Assembly (NCBI GenBank): GCA_027047855.1
Contig: JALTTZ010000140.1
Coordinates: 1 to 41,469 of the forward strand
DNA: 41,469 bases
Origin: Nitrososphaeria archaeon
GTDB lineage: Archaea; Thermoproteota; Nitrososphaeria; Geothermarchaeales; JDFR-13
Direction of reading: 5' to 3'
Shown: positions 9,002-16,925 of the stretch, piece after piece
Position numbering within the stretch: the first letter of the stretch is position 1
Layout: every line of letters begins with the position of its first letter
Position numbers and translations under genes: made by a program
Notes under the pieces: model-generated
Databases searched by the model: none
The model's input: only the letters and a program-made list of their open reading frames with translations
What the model was told of the DNA's origin: nothing

Positions 9002-9753
9002 CAATCGGCACCCCTCTTTATCTTCCTAACAACTATGATATCGTGGATCGCGGTATGTGGATAATTACCGCTGCTATCCTTCTCATACTTCTTAACCATA
9101 TCCCATATAGTTAGCAATGCGGCAGCGACACCAGTCAATGCCTCCATCTCAACTCCAGTCCGTTCATACGCCTTAACATTGACCACAACCTCGATATACT
9201 CGTGATAAATATTCATTCCAAAACCTACATGTGTTATAGATATGGGATGGCAGTAGGGGAGTATATTAGGAGTATTCTTTACTGCATTGATAGCTGCTAT
9301 CTTCGCGGCCTCAAAAACATCACCTTTCTCAACTTTCCCCTCCCTAATAAGCTTTACTGTCTCGGGCTTCAGTTTAATTCTACCTTTAGCCTCAGCCTCC
9401 CTAAATATCATATCCTTCCCCGAGATGTCAACCATACCAGATCCCGCTGAGACAGGGGGAGTGACAACTATCTCAGCACCATCCCCAACTCTAACCGTAA
9501 GACCCCCAGTCGATTCCACTAACTTACCGTCAATAAAGACTCTATAGGGACGCCTAATGTTATCTCCATCAGAAATGAAATCATATAAAGTTCTTCCATC
9601 GACAAGATATACCATTGAGAATATCTCTTTAAGCATCCCTTCCCGAGCATCAATATCTACAAAAGGCTTACCGAGCAGGTCTCTGAGAGACCCATAAACC
9701 CTGACCCGGATCACAATTGAGCCACCACCTAATACATGGAAAACAAAACACAT
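9001..9753 (-). CDS. moaC: fusion protein: N-terminal MoaD/ThiS-like beta-grasp domain plus C-terminal MoaC (cyclic pyranopterin monophosphate synthase)
   Basis: Residues ~14-106 resemble MoaD (VRVYGSLRDLLG...VRVGDGAEIVVTPPVSAGSG). Residues 107-250 are canonical MoaC (MVDISGKD..REA.A.G.I, YCHPISITHV, GVEMEALTGVAAALLTIWDM). There is no stop between the domains. A possible true start is the GTG at 9714, after GGTGGTGG. Confidence 0.8.
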   Translation of the reverse strand: MCFVFHVLGGGSIVIRVRVYGSLRDLLGKPFVDIDAREGMLKEIFSMVYLVDGRTLYDFISDGDNIRRPYRVFIDGKLVESTGGLTVRVGDGAEIVVTPPVSAGSGMVDISGKDMIFREAEAKGRIKLKPETVKLIREGKVEKGDVFEAAKIAAINAVKNTPNILPYCHPISITHVGFGMNIYHEYIEVVVNVKAYERTGVEMEALTGVAAALLTIWDMVKKYEKDSSGNYPHTAIHDIIVVRKIKRGAD

Positions 9754-9809
9754 TAAATAATTTATTAAAATAGGTTATATTCTAAGAATTGCTAATATTT
9801 AATTTGGCG
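9754..9809. promoter_or_regulatory. AT-rich divergent promoter region between moaD/C and nfi
   Basis: TATA-like runs (ttaaataatttattaaaata, aggttatatt) lie 35-60 nt from the likely starts of both divergent genes (9714 minus, 9810 plus). Confidence 0.35.
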
Positions 9810-10427
9810 ATGGTCAGACTCGATCTGAAAAAAGCAGCCTACCTACAGAAAAAACTATCTCAACTCGTCAAGACTTCAGACGAGTATCCCAAGCCGATTA
9901 GATATATTGGCGGAGTGGATGTGGCATATAAGAAGGGATACTCAATAGGAGTTGCCACGATACTAACCTATGATGATATCCAACTGATTGACTATGGAAT
10001 ATACATAACTAAATCTAAAGTTCCATATATACCCACATACCTTGCATTCAGAGAGATAGAACCCATGGCGGGGGCCATCCTAAAATTACCAATAAAACCC
10101 GATGTTGTTTTGGTGGATTCCCATGGATTGATACACCCAAGAGGATTCGGTGCAGCATCACACTTAGGTGTAGTGCTAGATCTGCCAACAATAGGAGTAG
10201 CCAAGTCACCCCTAGTCGGAAAGCCAGATAAAGAGGGATATATCTATCTAGGGGGACGTAAAGTAGGGTATAAGGTCTCGGAAAAATTATATATATCTAT
10301 AGGCCATAAAGTATCCTTATCCTCAGCTATAAAAATAGTCTTGCATGTACTCAGGGATAGTACACCAGAACCTACGAGACTCGCACACATAAAAGCTAAC
10401 GAAGTTAAAAGAAAAATGTTTGGCTAA
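9810..10427 (+). CDS. nfi: endonuclease V (deoxyinosine 3' endonuclease)
   Basis: Motifs GGVDVAY and VLVDSHGLIHPRGFGAASHLGVVLDLPTIGVAKS are diagnostic of EndoV. The ORF track starts at a TTG at 9789, but the ATG at 9810 is more likely. Confidence 0.85.
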   Translation: MVRLDLKKAAYLQKKLSQLVKTSDEYPKPIRYIGGVDVAYKKGYSIGVATILTYDDIQLIDYGIYITKSKVPYIPTYLAFREIEPMAGAILKLPIKPDVVLVDSHGLIHPRGFGAASHLGVVLDLPTIGVAKSPLVGKPDKEGYIYLGGRKVGYKVSEKLYISIGHKVSLSSAIKIVLHVLRDSTPEPTRLAHIKANEVKRKMFG

Positions 10428-10474
10428 AAGACAATTAATTAAATTACTTGATAACACTATTATGAATTTTGGGA

Positions 10475-11476
10475 ATGAATAATCGGTTAGTAAAACTCGC
10501 TACAATTATATTATTTACCTTTGCTGTTAGCCTTTTCTATATATCAAATACCCTTCCCCTAACCCACGCAGTACCCAGAAACCTAATAATTGGGGAGGAA
10601 GGAAGTGGAAACTATACTATCACAAACCAAACCATACCAGACAATATTCTATACTTACTTCAAAGACTTGAGGAACTTAAGAACATAGTTTCTAAATATA
10701 ATTCTACTTTAGCAGGTAAAATTAATGATATCCAGCTTGAATTACTGAGTGGAGACCTCCTCGATGCCAGACGTAAATATATGGCAATTGAAAACGACCT
10801 TGAAACAATAAGCAGGTTACTTAAGAATATAGATCCCGAAGAATATAGCAAACTAGTTGATATACTAAATGAAGACCTTGTTAACTACATGTATTTTAAC
10901 CAAAACGGCACCGATTTAACCAAGATATTTACAACAAACATAGATATCAATAACATAGAACCAAGCAGCATCGATATTCCCTCAACGGGAGAAACGCCCT
11001 TAAACCCCACAACCACTGAATTTAATATTCCTACTATACCGACACCATCGATGCCCTCTATCAACACTAATTACCTATACTGGCTTATAGGTCTATCTCT
11101 ATTATTAACGGGCCTATATATACTCCGAGATAGAAGAATAAGGCAAAGGATATCGTCAGGTATGATAAAAATTGGTAGAGTAGTTGCGATAAAGAAGACA
11201 GGGGAGATTAACGCCAAAGATCCAGTAATACGAACATACTACCAATTTCTAAACAAATGCGATGAGATAGGTGAGAGTAAAAAGGATTACGAAGGCCCCT
11301 TAGAACATGCATATAGACTGAGGGATAGTCGGTTAAGAGGTGTCGGAATAAGGATAGCCACTCTATTTGAGAAAATACGATATGGAAACAAAAAGATCAG
11401 CAAGACTGAAGAAAAGGAGGTGTCCGAGATATTTATAGAGCTTACTGGAGAGGGGAAGAGCAAAATTGATCAATAA
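10475..11476 (+). CDS. bitopic membrane protein with a C-terminal DUF4129-like cytoplasmic domain (first gene of the MoxR operon)
   Basis: N-terminal signal/anchor helix, then an ~190-aa helical ectodomain with N-x-S/T sequons (NYT, NQT, NST, NGT). A Pro/Thr-rich linker (PSTGETPLNPTTTEFNIPTIPTPSMPS) and a TM helix (YLYWLIGLSLLLTGLYIL) follow. The C-terminal ~110 aa have the DUF4129-like pattern (YYQFLNKCDE..EGPLEHAYRL..ATLFEKIRYGNKKIS). Family call is by eye only. Confidence 0.55.
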   Translation: MNNRLVKLATIILFTFAVSLFYISNTLPLTHAVPRNLIIGEEGSGNYTITNQTIPDNILYLLQRLEELKNIVSKYNSTLAGKINDIQLELLSGDLLDARRKYMAIENDLETISRLLKNIDPEEYSKLVDILNEDLVNYMYFNQNGTDLTKIFTTNIDINNIEPSSIDIPSTGETPLNPTTTEFNIPTIPTPSMPSINTNYLYWLIGLSLLLTGLYILRDRRIRQRISSGMIKIGRVVAIKKTGEINAKDPVIRTYYQFLNKCDEIGESKKDYEGPLEHAYRLRDSRLRGVGIRIATLFEKIRYGNKKISKTEEKEVSEIFIELTGEGKSKIDQ

Positions 11477-13046
11477 AAGAAACTTAATACTATTAATTCT
11501 CGTCCTTCTCTTTCTTGGTATGATATACGCCCCTCCAAAGACAATATCGGTTAAGAACTATGCAACAACTCTTAGTCCCAAAAACTCAGATCGATTAGGT
11601 ACAAGTAAATATGTCGAACTTTTGAGAAATTGGGGATATGAAATAGAGTTTGGCGGGGCGATAGATTTATATAGATATGGAAAAGGGGATGTATATATAC
11701 TCATCGGCCCGGACATAGAATTAAATACAGAAGAAATCAAGGCTATAGAAAGCTTCTTAAGTAGAGGAGGTTCATTACTAATTGCGGATGAGTTAGGGAC
11801 AGTAAACAATATACTTAGAAAACTGTTTCATGCCTCTATAGACGCTAAATATTTAAAGCTTTATTACCAACGCCTCTACGGAAATAACGAGACTGAGAGT
11901 GCTCCGAGCTCAAAGGGAATTATTAGCTCAATATACCTAATGGCCCAAAGGGCACTTGTATCCTCTATGGATAATGAATTCAAATTGGACAGGATCGGTA
12001 ACAATACAGATATCGACTCATTAAGAAGATTTATTATACAATTTTATACTTCGGCAAGAAATACTGGAAACTCGAACCTATATAGTCTAATACCATCCCT
12101 CTCATCTTATATAAACAAGTTGGGAGAATTCAAAGTCAAAGGATATTTAATGACGCCCAGCTACGATTACCTACAAACTAAGAGCCCTACGGAAACCCTT
12201 TCCATCAACATCACAGATTACTCTATATTCATATATTCCGCATATTTAGATAATGGAGAATATAGGGTATATCTGATTGCTGATACAAGCATATTCACAA
12301 ACCAGTATATTGATATAAATAATCCAACCTCGGTATATTACCGATTCCACCGGGAAGTCATATCATGGCTTTCATATAATAAAAGGGGAAATATAATTTT
12401 CGATGATCAACATTATACGCCATTGATTATTAAACAGCCTGTTCCTAGACTTGGAAGAATGGTGCTAGATATAGTTATCAACACATCCAAGTCAATAATG
12501 GATAATTACAACCAATACCTATCTAGCATATCACCCATCGGCCTTACACTTCTTCTTCTCTTCTGGCTCCCTTCCACCTATTTATATTTAAAAAGGAAAG
12601 TTAGAGTCAAAGCAGTAAGGGAAAGGGAGGCAGAGGAAGTCGTTGAGAGACTACTTGTTTATGAAAGCAGCTTCATGAAAGAACTGGGAAGGGGTGGAGT
12701 AATAAAAGAGAGGTACAGGGAGCTAATAACCGGATTATACGACCTATTAAATTATATCCTTGAAGACAAGCTTAGAATGACGGTGGGAGAGATAGCTACA
12801 AAAGGCGCCCTTGATGAAGAAACCCTAAGAAGATACGATATAGATAGAGATAGATTACTAAAAATATGTGTAAGACTTGAGACACTTAAAAAGAAAATTT
12901 TGGAGGCCCGGTTCTTCCCTATAGTAATATCTTGGAGTAGAGAGTTCAAGAAACTCTCTAAGGAGGCCGATTATATATTTAGCAGATTGGGATATGGTTT
13001 TATATCAAGTGATGTGGAGAGTGGTATAGAAGATGCCTTCAAATGA
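11466..13046 (+). CDS. bitopic membrane protein, DUF4350-like (MoxR operon)
   Basis: N-terminal TM helix (LILLILVLLFLGMIYAP), then an ectodomain with a DUF4350-like core (GDVYILIGPDIELNTEEIKAIESFLSRGGSLLIADE) and several sequons. A second TM helix (ISPIGLTLLLLFWLPSTYLYL) precedes a ~150-aa helical cytoplasmic tail. The TTG start overlaps the upstream gene by 11 nt and is preceded by GGAGAGGGG. Confidence 0.55.
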   Translation: MINKRNLILLILVLLFLGMIYAPPKTISVKNYATTLSPKNSDRLGTSKYVELLRNWGYEIEFGGAIDLYRYGKGDVYILIGPDIELNTEEIKAIESFLSRGGSLLIADELGTVNNILRKLFHASIDAKYLKLYYQRLYGNNETESAPSSKGIISSIYLMAQRALVSSMDNEFKLDRIGNNTDIDSLRRFIIQFYTSARNTGNSNLYSLIPSLSSYINKLGEFKVKGYLMTPSYDYLQTKSPTETLSINITDYSIFIYSAYLDNGEYRVYLIADTSIFTNQYIDINNPTSVYYRFHREVISWLSYNKRGNIIFDDQHYTPLIIKQPVPRLGRMVLDIVINTSKSIMDNYNQYLSSISPIGLTLLLLFWLPSTYLYLKRKVRVKAVREREAEEVVERLLVYESSFMKELGRGGVIKERYRELITGLYDLLNYILEDKLRMTVGEIATKGALDEETLRRYDIDRDRLLKICVRLETLKKKILEARFFPIVISWSREFKKLSKEADYIFSRLGYGFISSDVESGIEDAFK

Positions 13047-13980
13047 TATTGAATTCGTATATGATGTGTGGACTAAGCTGAAGAATGAGGTGCATAAAGT
13101 AATAGTGGGAATGGATAAGGTACTTGAGGAGATATTCATCTCACTCCTCTGTGAAGGGCATATACTTCTAGAAGGGCCACCGGGGATAGCGAAAACAACA
13201 TTGGCCAAAACTGTAGCATCCTCTCTAGACCTCACTTTCCGCAGGATACAGTTTACCCCGGATCTTTTACCAGCCGACATAATAGGTGTAAGGATATATA
13301 ATCAAGTGGACGGGAAGTTTGTGACAAAGAAAGGACCGATCTTTGCAAATCTAGTTTTGGCAGACGAGATAAATAGAGCTAGCCCAAAAACCCAATCGGC
13401 TCTCCTTGAAGCGATGCAGGAAAGGCAGGTAACTATAGAAGGAGAGACATATAAACTGCCTGAACCCTTCCTAGTGATAGCTACGGAGAACCCAGTCGAG
13501 GTTGAAGGAACCTACCCCTTACCATCAGCCCAGCTCGATAGATTCCTAATTAAATCTATAATAAACTATCCATCCAAAGAGGATTATGTAAGTATAATGA
13601 CCATGTACGGAGGATACACCAAGTATACCGTAGAGAAAGTGATTTCCAAGGAAGATATTCTAGAGGCCCAACGCATGATAGACAATGTAACAATATCCAA
13701 AGACTTGCTGGAGTATATTGCGGACATAATAAAGACCATAGACCAGGATGATAGGGTTAAATGGGGTATAAGTCCCAGAGGAGGGATTTATGTTACAAAG
13801 GCATCAAAGGCCTTTGCATTAATGAACAGAAGGGATTTCGTAACCCCAGAAGATATAAAGAGAATACTAAAACCAGTACTTAACCATAGAATAATATTGA
13901 CACCAGAGGCGATATTCAAGGGTATCACGCCTATAGACGTTATAGACGACACCCTAAAACAAGTAAGTGTTCCAGTATGA
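13033..13980 (+). CDS. MoxR-family AAA+ ATPase (AAA_3 type)
   Basis: Walker A (LLEGPPGIAKTTLAK), Walker B plus the MoxR block (LVLADEINRASPKTQSALLEAMQERQVTIEG), and VIATENPVEVEGTYPLPSAQLDRFL. 315 aa. Overlaps the upstream gene by 14 nt. Confidence 0.92.
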   Translation: MPSNDIEFVYDVWTKLKNEVHKVIVGMDKVLEEIFISLLCEGHILLEGPPGIAKTTLAKTVASSLDLTFRRIQFTPDLLPADIIGVRIYNQVDGKFVTKKGPIFANLVLADEINRASPKTQSALLEAMQERQVTIEGETYKLPEPFLVIATENPVEVEGTYPLPSAQLDRFLIKSIINYPSKEDYVSIMTMYGGYTKYTVEKVISKEDILEAQRMIDNVTISKDLLEYIADIIKTIDQDDRVKWGISPRGGIYVTKASKAFALMNRRDFVTPEDIKRILKPVLNHRIILTPEAIFKGITPIDVIDDTLKQVSVPV

Positions 13981-15350
13981 AGAAAACAATATCATTTGGC
14001 TTAACTACTAGAGCAAAGATAATAATCCTAATAGCATCATTACTCCTCATAGTTAATATTATACAACCATGGAAGAAAGTTTCCATAAGCAGCCTCTACA
14101 TGCCATTCCTATTGATTGGACTGGTGATAAGTGGATGGATAGTAAACAGAGCAAGAAGCTACGCATTCGAGAGACTTGAGATTAGGAGGATAATACCTCG
14201 TAGTGTGTATGAAAATGAAGCAATTAGTGTGAAGATAATAATTAAAAACCCGACACCCATCGGGTTATACAATATAGTTATTGAGGAACATTACCCAGAA
14301 ACATTAACAAAAATAGATGGATTCAACACAGGACTCATACAGATACCTCCAAAATCGCAGGTACAGGTAACCTATAAACTCAAGGCTAAGGGGATAGGTA
14401 GGCATGAATTCGGAACCATAATACTCAGAAAGTTGGATATACTAGGCTTTTATTATACAGAAGCCACATACTCCCACATAGATTCATCCTTTATCGGGGT
14501 AATGCCATCGTTGCCTAAAATTAATATTGAAGAGGCATTAGCCCGTGGATATAAACTCGAGTTAGGTGCACAGAAAGTCCCTCACAGTGGTTTTAGTACT
14601 GACTTCCGAGACATAAGGGAATACGTGCCAGGGGATGAGATTAGAAGAGTTGATTGGAAAGCAACAGCAAAACTCAACAAATTAATGATAAGAGAATATG
14701 AACTAGAAAGGAAGAACAACATAGTACTTATTCTCGACCTGTCCAAAAACATGTTTATAGGAGAATTAGGATTAAGAAAGATAGACCACGCTTCAAGAAC
14801 AATAGCCTATATAATAAACTATGCAATATCCAGAAGAGATAATGTGGGGCTCATTATTCTAAGCAGCTACGGGGTAGACGTAATACCAGTAACTATGGCT
14901 TCAGAGACACTTCTTCAAAACATCCTAAGAAAATTATCCAAAATACCAGTATACCCTCCTACTGTCGAAGGTGGAGAATGGAGTATAGACGAGCTAGGAA
15001 TCGGCCTAGAAAAACTAAACTTGAGAGACAAAACACTATTTATTCTTATAAGTGACTTAGAAACACCCGGAATCATCGACAACATAATCGAACTATCTAA
15101 GATACTGAGGAGCATGAGACACGAATTAGTAGTGGTCTCACCACTCACAGTACTATTTGAAGCAAGACTACTCAAAGGCATAGACGCAGCAATATACAAA
15201 GTAATTGGATATATATCGATGCAGGAAAGGAAAAAAATGATAGACAAACTATTCAAGACAGGAGTACCTGTAGTAAATGTTGGACCCAAAGACTTAATTC
15301 CATACATAATGTTAAAAATAGAGGAATATAGGAGGATGATCATAGTATGA
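13977..15350 (+). CDS. DUF58 protein with vWA-like domain, N-terminally membrane-anchored (two TM helices)
   Basis: DUF58 signature (FRDIREYVPGDEIRRVDWKATAKLNKLMIREYELE), followed by a vWA-like strand (NIVLILDLSKNM) with a degenerate MIDAS (D-x-S-x-N instead of D-x-S-x-S). The start forms an ATGA overlap with the moxR stop. Confidence 0.85.
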   Translation: MKKTISFGLTTRAKIIILIASLLLIVNIIQPWKKVSISSLYMPFLLIGLVISGWIVNRARSYAFERLEIRRIIPRSVYENEAISVKIIIKNPTPIGLYNIVIEEHYPETLTKIDGFNTGLIQIPPKSQVQVTYKLKAKGIGRHEFGTIILRKLDILGFYYTEATYSHIDSSFIGVMPSLPKINIEEALARGYKLELGAQKVPHSGFSTDFRDIREYVPGDEIRRVDWKATAKLNKLMIREYELERKNNIVLILDLSKNMFIGELGLRKIDHASRTIAYIINYAISRRDNVGLIILSSYGVDVIPVTMASETLLQNILRKLSKIPVYPPTVEGGEWSIDELGIGLEKLNLRDKTLFILISDLETPGIIDNIIELSKILRSMRHELVVVSPLTVLFEARLLKGIDAAIYKVIGYISMQERKKMIDKLFKTGVPVVNVGPKDLIPYIMLKIEEYRRMIIV

Positions 15351-16447
15351 TAAATCTAGATGAAAAGAGACTAATGGAAATCCTAGTAAGATCAAGATAC
15401 AGAGTAGTTCTACTAATTGCATTCGCAGCATCATTCGCTAAGCTCCAACCCTATGTAACTCAGACAAACGCCATCGTATCCATTCTAAAAAACCTTCCAA
15501 TAGAAAAGTTCGGAGAGGTACCTACAATATTAAATATAATATTCAAACTATTTCTGAACAATTGGACATCTGTATACCTCTCTATACTGGCATTAGCTTT
15601 AATGCTTGCATTGTATAGCATATATAAAAACAGAGTCATATATTTGATGATCGGGGTGACGCTAGTATACAGCTTTTATATCTCTATTTTGTGGATTACC
15701 TATACTTCCCAACTCCTCGCAACCAGCACAGTAAGCACACTACTCAATAATGCGGCCCTAGACCTAGCCTTAACCACAATACTACTCTCATTACTAGAAT
15801 TTTTCCGACCAATCTTTACATACCGTAGAATATCAAAAAGAACCACTTGGAGACCAATCATTACAACAATAGACCTCTCCCTATATGCCTTCACAGTCAT
15901 AATATCTGCTATAGCAATAGTAACACTGGCAGATTATTTGGTTGACACGATGATAAACCTCTCAACCTATAGTGCACCCGAAATAAGAGAATTGATCAAT
16001 ATATATGTTACATCGAGCGTCGGCCGTGTCTTCATATATATAATGTCCCTAGGCATAATCACATACTTCCTCTATAATTTAGTAGAACCTGTGGTCTTAT
16101 ACATAACAAAAAGTAGAAATCAGGCTAAGGAGATAATGACCCAGGAATACAGGAAAATGATGAGTAAAGAAATAGGCGGGGCCCTAAGCGTTAATAAATA
16201 CATATTTATAGGAATCATACTAATTCTCACAATATTAGTCCCGATCGTGGCCGTGTTGTGGAGACAACCAAACACGATAATCGAAATTATAGTAACATCC
16301 ATCAGAAATTTAATAACTTTTAGATGGAAGGCACCCATAACCAGATTGGATGAATACCTCTCAAACCTAAATCCCGGATATTTAATCAGCACTTTAAAGG
16401 AGAGAATAGAAGCCTTTATCAGATTTATTATGTATCTCATCTTCTAG
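15347..16447 (+). CDS. polytopic integral membrane protein, no recognisable family (MoxR operon)
   Basis: 366-aa ORF with roughly 7-9 hydrophobic helices. Its start forms an ATGA overlap with the DUF58 stop. No catalytic or family motif recognised. Confidence 0.6.
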   Translation: MINLDEKRLMEILVRSRYRVVLLIAFAASFAKLQPYVTQTNAIVSILKNLPIEKFGEVPTILNIIFKLFLNNWTSVYLSILALALMLALYSIYKNRVIYLMIGVTLVYSFYISILWITYTSQLLATSTVSTLLNNAALDLALTTILLSLLEFFRPIFTYRRISKRTTWRPIITTIDLSLYAFTVIISAIAIVTLADYLVDTMINLSTYSAPEIRELINIYVTSSVGRVFIYIMSLGIITYFLYNLVEPVVLYITKSRNQAKEIMTQEYRKMMSKEIGGALSVNKYIFIGIILILTILVPIVAVLWRQPNTIIEIIVTSIRNLITFRWKAPITRLDEYLSNLNPGYLISTLKERIEAFIRFIMYLIF

Positions 16448-16459
16448 TAATTATTAAGG

Positions 16460-16645
16460 ATGACAAGCACTTTATCCATAATAGCTACTGTACTGACACT
16501 AACCATATCTATCCTAATACTATTCCACTCCATTCTATATCCTGTAAATATAGTAGTGATTAGGGTGGTAGAAGCCATCGTAGGAGGTGTGATATTTACA
16601 TACTCAATATCCAAGCTCAACCATATATTAAAAACAAGGAGATAA
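16460..16645 (+). CDS. 61-aa two-TM hairpin membrane protein
   Basis: Starts 12 nt after the previous stop on the same strand, with AAGG just upstream. Two hydrophobic helices and a basic C-terminus (KTRR). It is the only ORF covering this otherwise unassigned stretch. Confidence 0.4.
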   Translation: MTSTLSIIATVLTLTISILILFHSILYPVNIVVIRVVEAIVGGVIFTYSISKLNHILKTRR

Positions 16646-16688
16646 TGACTCTAACTTAATTACGGGTGGAAACCAATAATTATACTAT

Positions 16689-16925
16689 ATGGCCAAGAAA
16701 ATTCACATCATTGCAGAGATAATAGCGATCGCCTTAATAGTAATAGCAATTTACTTCATACTCTGGGGAATAGACTTAATGATGCCAGGAAAATATGCGG
16801 TTGTCGCCGGGGTCGCTAGCCTAGCAGTGGGAATACTTATACTTGGAGGAGCAATATCTATAATAAGAACGCTCCTACTTTCACTCACTATGGAGAGGAG
16901 TGAGGAGACTGAGAAGCCTTCTTAA
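16689..16925 (+). CDS. 78-aa two-TM hairpin membrane protein
   Basis: Basic N-terminus (MAKK), two long hydrophobic helices and an acidic tail (ERSEETEKPS). A ttatact TATA-like element lies upstream. The 3' end overlaps the convergent dcd gene by 38 nt. Confidence 0.45.
   Translation: MAKKIHIIAEIIAIALIVIAIYFILWGIDLMMPGKYAVVAGVASLAVGILILGGAISIIRTLLLSLTMERSEETEKPS

Noticed and set aside
9970-9987. C-box-like ATGATGA with a nearby CTGA (and similar hits near 16156, 32109, 1946 and 4370) as C/D-box sRNA candidates
   Set aside because: All lie inside well-supported coding sequences. They lack correctly spaced C'/D' and terminal D boxes, so they are consistent with chance heptamer matches.
14915-16440. 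142-aa and 106-aa minus-strand ORFs inside the MoxR operon
   Set aside because: They are antisense to the DUF58 and polytopic membrane protein genes, which are start-stop coupled and have clear signatures. The antisense translations are low-complexity and Ser/Ile/Leu-rich.
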